Shown here: positions 60,856-64,000 of the stretch, piece by piece | Numbering within the stretch: the first letter of the stretch is position 1 | How the letters are laid out: every line of letters begins with the position of its first letter | Assembly (NCBI RefSeq): GCF_030384885.1 | Contig: NZ_CP128614.1 | From: Escherichia coli | GTDB taxonomy: Bacteria > Pseudomonadota > Gammaproteobacteria > Enterobacterales > Enterobacteriaceae | Length of the DNA: 64,000 nucleotides | Strand: one strand, 5' to 3' | Translations under genes and position numbers: made by a program | Notes under the pieces: generated by a model | Seen by the model: only the letters and a program-made list of their open reading frames with translations | What the model was told of the DNA's origin: nothing | Databases searched by the model: none

Positions 60856-61467
60856 TTAGGAACTAATAATGATGGCCTGGTCAGTTTGAGGAAGCCGGTT
60901 TCCTCTGATAAATGCAGGGTGGTTTAAACGAGAAGAAGAAATGGTCATCGCCAGAAATGTCTCTTCACGCGAACGCAGAAATTCCCCCCATGAATAGGTT
61001 TCCCATACGTCGTGAGAAAGGTCGGATTCCTTTATGTACCGGGATTGCATTGTTGGCTCAAAATCGACAGGGGCTAAACTGTCATAGGATGGATGAACAC
61101 GGTACCCCAATCCCTCCTCCGTCTGATGGTATGCATGTGCCAAAAGGACATCGTGGGAGACCAGGTCATAGTCGTTGTCCTGAACGAGCGTTTTTACGGT
61201 ATGACTAATTTCCCCAAAGCCGTCTATTTCCCAGAGCGTTATCATTGTGAACTCAGCTAAAGTTCGTGGGCTCTTTACCAGAAAGCCATTTAATGCTCGT
61301 CGCCCCTTCAGCATGCCAACGTGGTAGGTCTTGTTGGGATAGGGTTTCATTGCCACCAGCGAATCAGCTTTAAGCTCAAGTGACAATTCAGGGACAGACA
61401 CGGACATGAGAGTACACTTGTTTTTCATATGGTGAAGAATACGTGGCACAAGATGCAGATACATCAT
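60856..61467 (-). CDS. Hypothetical protein
   Basis: 203-aa ORF. Confidence 0.45.
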   Translation of the reverse strand: MMYLHLVPRILHHMKNKCTLMSVSVPELSLELKADSLVAMKPYPNKTYHVGMLKGRRALNGFLVKSPRTLAEFTMITLWEIDGFGEISHTVKTLVQDNDYDLVSHDVLLAHAYHQTEEGLGYRVHPSYDSLAPVDFEPTMQSRYIKESDLSHDVWETYSWGEFLRSREETFLAMTISSSRLNHPAFIRGNRLPQTDQAIIISS

Positions 61468-61578
61468 TTTCTCCTTTTATGGATATAACTGGCAGATCCT
61501 CAGCAGCATCAAAATAGTTAATAGACTTTTTTAATTGGTTAACCACTGTTGATTGACTTGTTTTATGTCTCTGAGAAA

Positions 61579-62145
61579 TTATTCGTTTTGTTTCTGTTCG
61601 TTATACTGCTCAAACCAGAAGACGACCGGTTTTACTACAATATGAAGCAAACCAAAACGTTCTGCGGTACGGAAATTCACGCTATATGCGCGAGCCCGTT
61701 CAACCTGTTTGGTAATTTCATTTCTCATTCCTTCAACACTAAAAGCTCCTTTAAAAAGGTTGCAGGGAGCGCATGATGGAAATAAGTTTTCTATTGCATG
61801 CAGTTCAGGGTGCATAACCTTACCCGTACTTCGGGCAACATGAGTTACGCCGCTGCCGACCGGGGCTCTCACCAGTTCAAAGTCGCGTCGAACAGGCTCA
61901 ACATGATCGGCATGCCACCCTTTTTCAGGAAGCTTGCAACCACAATAGGCACAACGCCCCCCAAATTTCATTCGCAGCTCAGCTCGCTGTATTTTAGAGA
62001 TCTTATTTTTAGGTTTTGAGAACCTACCATCAGGTGATTCCGCTTTGGATAACTTTGCTGAGGGCTCAGGTAACTCAACTAAATTCCCGTTGATATTTAT
62101 CACCTTGACCATATCATTTTCCGCCTTTACTAATCTCACGGGCAC
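61579..62145 (-). CDS. HNH endonuclease
   Basis: 188-aa ORF with Cys pairs and HNH core (CAYCGCKL…HADHVEP…ENLFPSCAPCN). Confidence 0.6.
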   Translation of the reverse strand: MPVRLVKAENDMVKVININGNLVELPEPSAKLSKAESPDGRFSKPKNKISKIQRAELRMKFGGRCAYCGCKLPEKGWHADHVEPVRRDFELVRAPVGSGVTHVARSTGKVMHPELHAIENLFPSCAPCNLFKGAFSVEGMRNEITKQVERARAYSVNFRTAERFGLLHIVVKPVVFWFEQYNEQKQNE

Positions 62146-62172
62146 AGGAGCTGGCTTAAGTAACCGCTGAAG

Positions 62173-62361
62173 TTAACAGCCACTGACTGCCTCTACCCAG
62201 ACCTTCTGTTTATACTCAATAGGCCACCCCTCTTTATCTGCCCGGATGACGCAATCATTTACCGTGGTGCGTGACCGGATACGAACATCAAGCGGAAGCG
62301 AATCGTTATCCACACGAGCCTGTGCCTCATTTAAAATGCGTAAAAACATCTCTTTGGTCAT
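62173..62361 (-). CDS. Hypothetical small protein
   Basis: 62-aa ORF translationally coupled to the upstream ORF. Confidence 0.3.
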   Translation of the reverse strand: MTKEMFLRILNEAQARVDNDSLPLDVRIRSRTTVNDCVIRADKEGWPIEYKQKVWVEAVSGC

Positions 62362-62669
62362 TCAGATACCCCCTCAACTTTGCGAATTTTGATCAGATGA
62401 GGGCGATTCAGTTTACAAAGTTGTTCTGTCGCTTCATCAATCGAATTGAACCGATGAGCCTCTTCGATATTTAAAGTCCAGTATTTCGCTTTCCCTTCTC
62501 CCAGATCGGACTCAAAATAATTTCGCTTTACATCCATTTTTTTAGGCCTGCCATTTATCTTGACGACATTATGTCTGTCATCAAAAAGAAATTCGTCCCC
62601 CTCAAAAGTGATTAATACAAATGGCCCCTCAGGCTTGGAAGTCCGGGGACTTCCCATTTTCAAAGTCAT
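62358..62669 (-). CDS. Hypothetical protein
   Basis: 103-aa ORF; overlaps the next small ORF (62173..62361) by 4 bp. Confidence 0.4.
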   Translation of the reverse strand: MTLKMGSPRTSKPEGPFVLITFEGDEFLFDDRHNVVKINGRPKKMDVKRNYFESDLGEGKAKYWTLNIEEAHRFNSIDEATEQLCKLNRPHLIKIRKVEGVSE

Positions 62670-62731
62670 ACTTCAGCCTCTCGATAGAACTCATGAAACC
62701 TCAAATTAAAATGGACTCACACCACACTGAT

Positions 62732-62971
62732 TCAGTATTCCTCCTGAACCCCATTAGGCTCTGTTGTGATTTCATATTTAATACCGCCAGGTGCTCCCAC
62801 AGCGTCCGCGACCGACTCACACAGCAGCGAGAGATCGTTGAGGGTCATTGGGTGTTCAATGTCCAGCGTGAAGAGTTTCCCGGCTTGCTTGGCGGCTGTC
62901 TTGTCAGCATGTTCAGCATTAAAAAGGTATACGGTGTGTTTTTCCTGAGCGGGGGTATTTTGATTTTGCAT
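62732..62971 (-). CDS. Small conserved protein, paralog 2
   Basis: 79-aa ORF homologous to 57543..57767 (…HPMTLNDLSLLCESVADAVGAPGG…). Confidence 0.5.
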   Translation of the reverse strand: MQNQNTPAQEKHTVYLFNAEHADKTAAKQAGKLFTLDIEHPMTLNDLSLLCESVADAVGAPGGIKYEITTEPNGVQEEY

Positions 62972-63103
62972 TGATGATCCTTTTGTTTAGTTCCCCGATT
63001 CCGGGGGTGAGTGAATTAATTTAAATTTATATTTGTCTGGTTTAATTAGAACGTTTCCAGGCTATGCGTAAACAGGTAATGCAAAGGCTGTATCAACAGG
63101 ATT

Positions 63104-63114
63104 AAAGTTACTTT
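63104..63114. repeat. Palindrome AAAGTTACTTT, copy n (upstream of paralog 2)
   Basis: Read directly (TTAAAGTTACTTTTCTGG). Confidence 0.6.
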
Positions 63115-63220
63115 TCTGGATGCAGCAACGCTTGGACATGATGTCCACATTACATCACGATCAAAGCTAAGTTTTTTTTGTATAACCCCTTCATTTTCGT
63201 GTGTTTCGCGTTTCAGACGC

Positions 63221-63997
63221 TTATACGACCTGCCTGACCATCCTCATCAGAAGGCGGTTTAACAGTCCTTTCGCTGTCGGGCGATTGCTATCGACATAGT
63301 AAAAACCTGTTTTGGTCGTACCGTGAGCACTGCTCAGCACCCTCAGTTCCCAGATAACGTCACGGATAACGCCGCCATTTTCTGGCTTAAGGCATTCAGA
63401 TAAATGGCGCATGAAACGAGCTCTTACGGCACGGTAATAGCGGAACTCCTCTGGCTGGTTAGTATTTTCTTTCACCCGGAGTCGCTGGTTACACAGAGTT
63501 AGAACTGCATCCATCATTCCCGCCTTCAGCTTCGCCTGGATCGCACCTTGTTGCTGTTCCCTCTCACCTTCGAGTAACGTTAAGATTCTTTCTCCGAGTG
63601 CCGTCTTGTTGTGTACGTGCAACTGTACACAGGCAGCTACGCATGCCCAGAATCTGAACTTTTTTATCTGTCCACGCAATTTCCGGGCTACAACCTGACG
63701 GTATGCAGTATCGCTGAGTATTTTAAAACGCCGACTGGCAACCAGCTCTGGAAGCGACACTCTTTCGCCTATCCCCAGGCGGGAAAAGGTTTGTCCCCGT
63801 TGTGCGAGACGATGATAGACAGCGCCCTTCCCTTTTGAAATTCGGACCGCGCCATAACGAAGAAGATACTGAGCAGCAGTCGTTGGAGTAAACTCACCGT
63901 CAGCGATGCTCTGGCGTAACCCGTCGTATTCATGCCAGATAATCCAGGACGCCGTATCTTCTTCAACAGTCAGCTCATCCTCTTCCTCGAATGCCAC
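63221..63997 (-). CDS. Hypothetical protein (may be N-terminally incomplete at the window edge)
   Basis: 258-aa ORF whose Met sits 3 bp from the window end. Confidence 0.4.
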   Translation of the reverse strand: MAFEEEDELTVEEDTASWIIWHEYDGLRQSIADGEFTPTTAAQYLLRYGAVRISKGKGAVYHRLAQRGQTFSRLGIGERVSLPELVASRRFKILSDTAYRQVVARKLRGQIKKFRFWACVAACVQLHVHNKTALGERILTLLEGEREQQQGAIQAKLKAGMMDAVLTLCNQRLRVKENTNQPEEFRYYRAVRARFMRHLSECLKPENGGVIRDVIWELRVLSSAHGTTKTGFYYVDSNRPTAKGLLNRLLMRMVRQVV

Positions 63998-64000
63998 GAC

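Overview
This window looks like part of a large conjugative resistance plasmid, probably from an Enterobacterales (likely E. coli) host, and it has two very different parts. Positions 1..~13270 are a GC-rich multiresistance region: the tail of a ble-like gene, trpF and dsbD/tat (the segment normally found downstream of blaNDM), then ISCR1, a complex class 1 integron on the minus strand (sul1, qacEdelta1, aadA2, gcuF, dfrA12, IS26-truncated intI1), and an IS26-bounded mph(A)-mrx-mphR(A) macrolide module with an IS6100 remnant. The second IS26 copy carries the Tnp26 G184N substitution. From ~13270 to 64000 the sequence is AT-richer plasmid backbone: an SOS-regulated umuDC-like operon, Dsb-like oxidoreductases, and an IncHI-like Tra1 transfer region (trhG, trhH, trhF, a FlhC-like regulator pair, an oriT-like inverted-repeat cluster, a MOBH relaxase and a VirD4-type coupling protein). 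Beyond that lies a long run of small unknown genes with a ParB-like protein and two HNH nucleases, interrupted by IS186 and IS150. The most unusual signal is a palindrome, AAAGT(A/T)ACTTT, found at least 14 times in the backbone (11 intergenic) and never in the resistance region, which suggests an undescribed plasmid-wide operator network. Other leads are an S49-peptidase plus NERD-nuclease pair downstream of the coupling protein and a paralogous pair of small proteins each preceded by the palindrome. All identifications are from reading the sequence and ORF translations; no database search was run.
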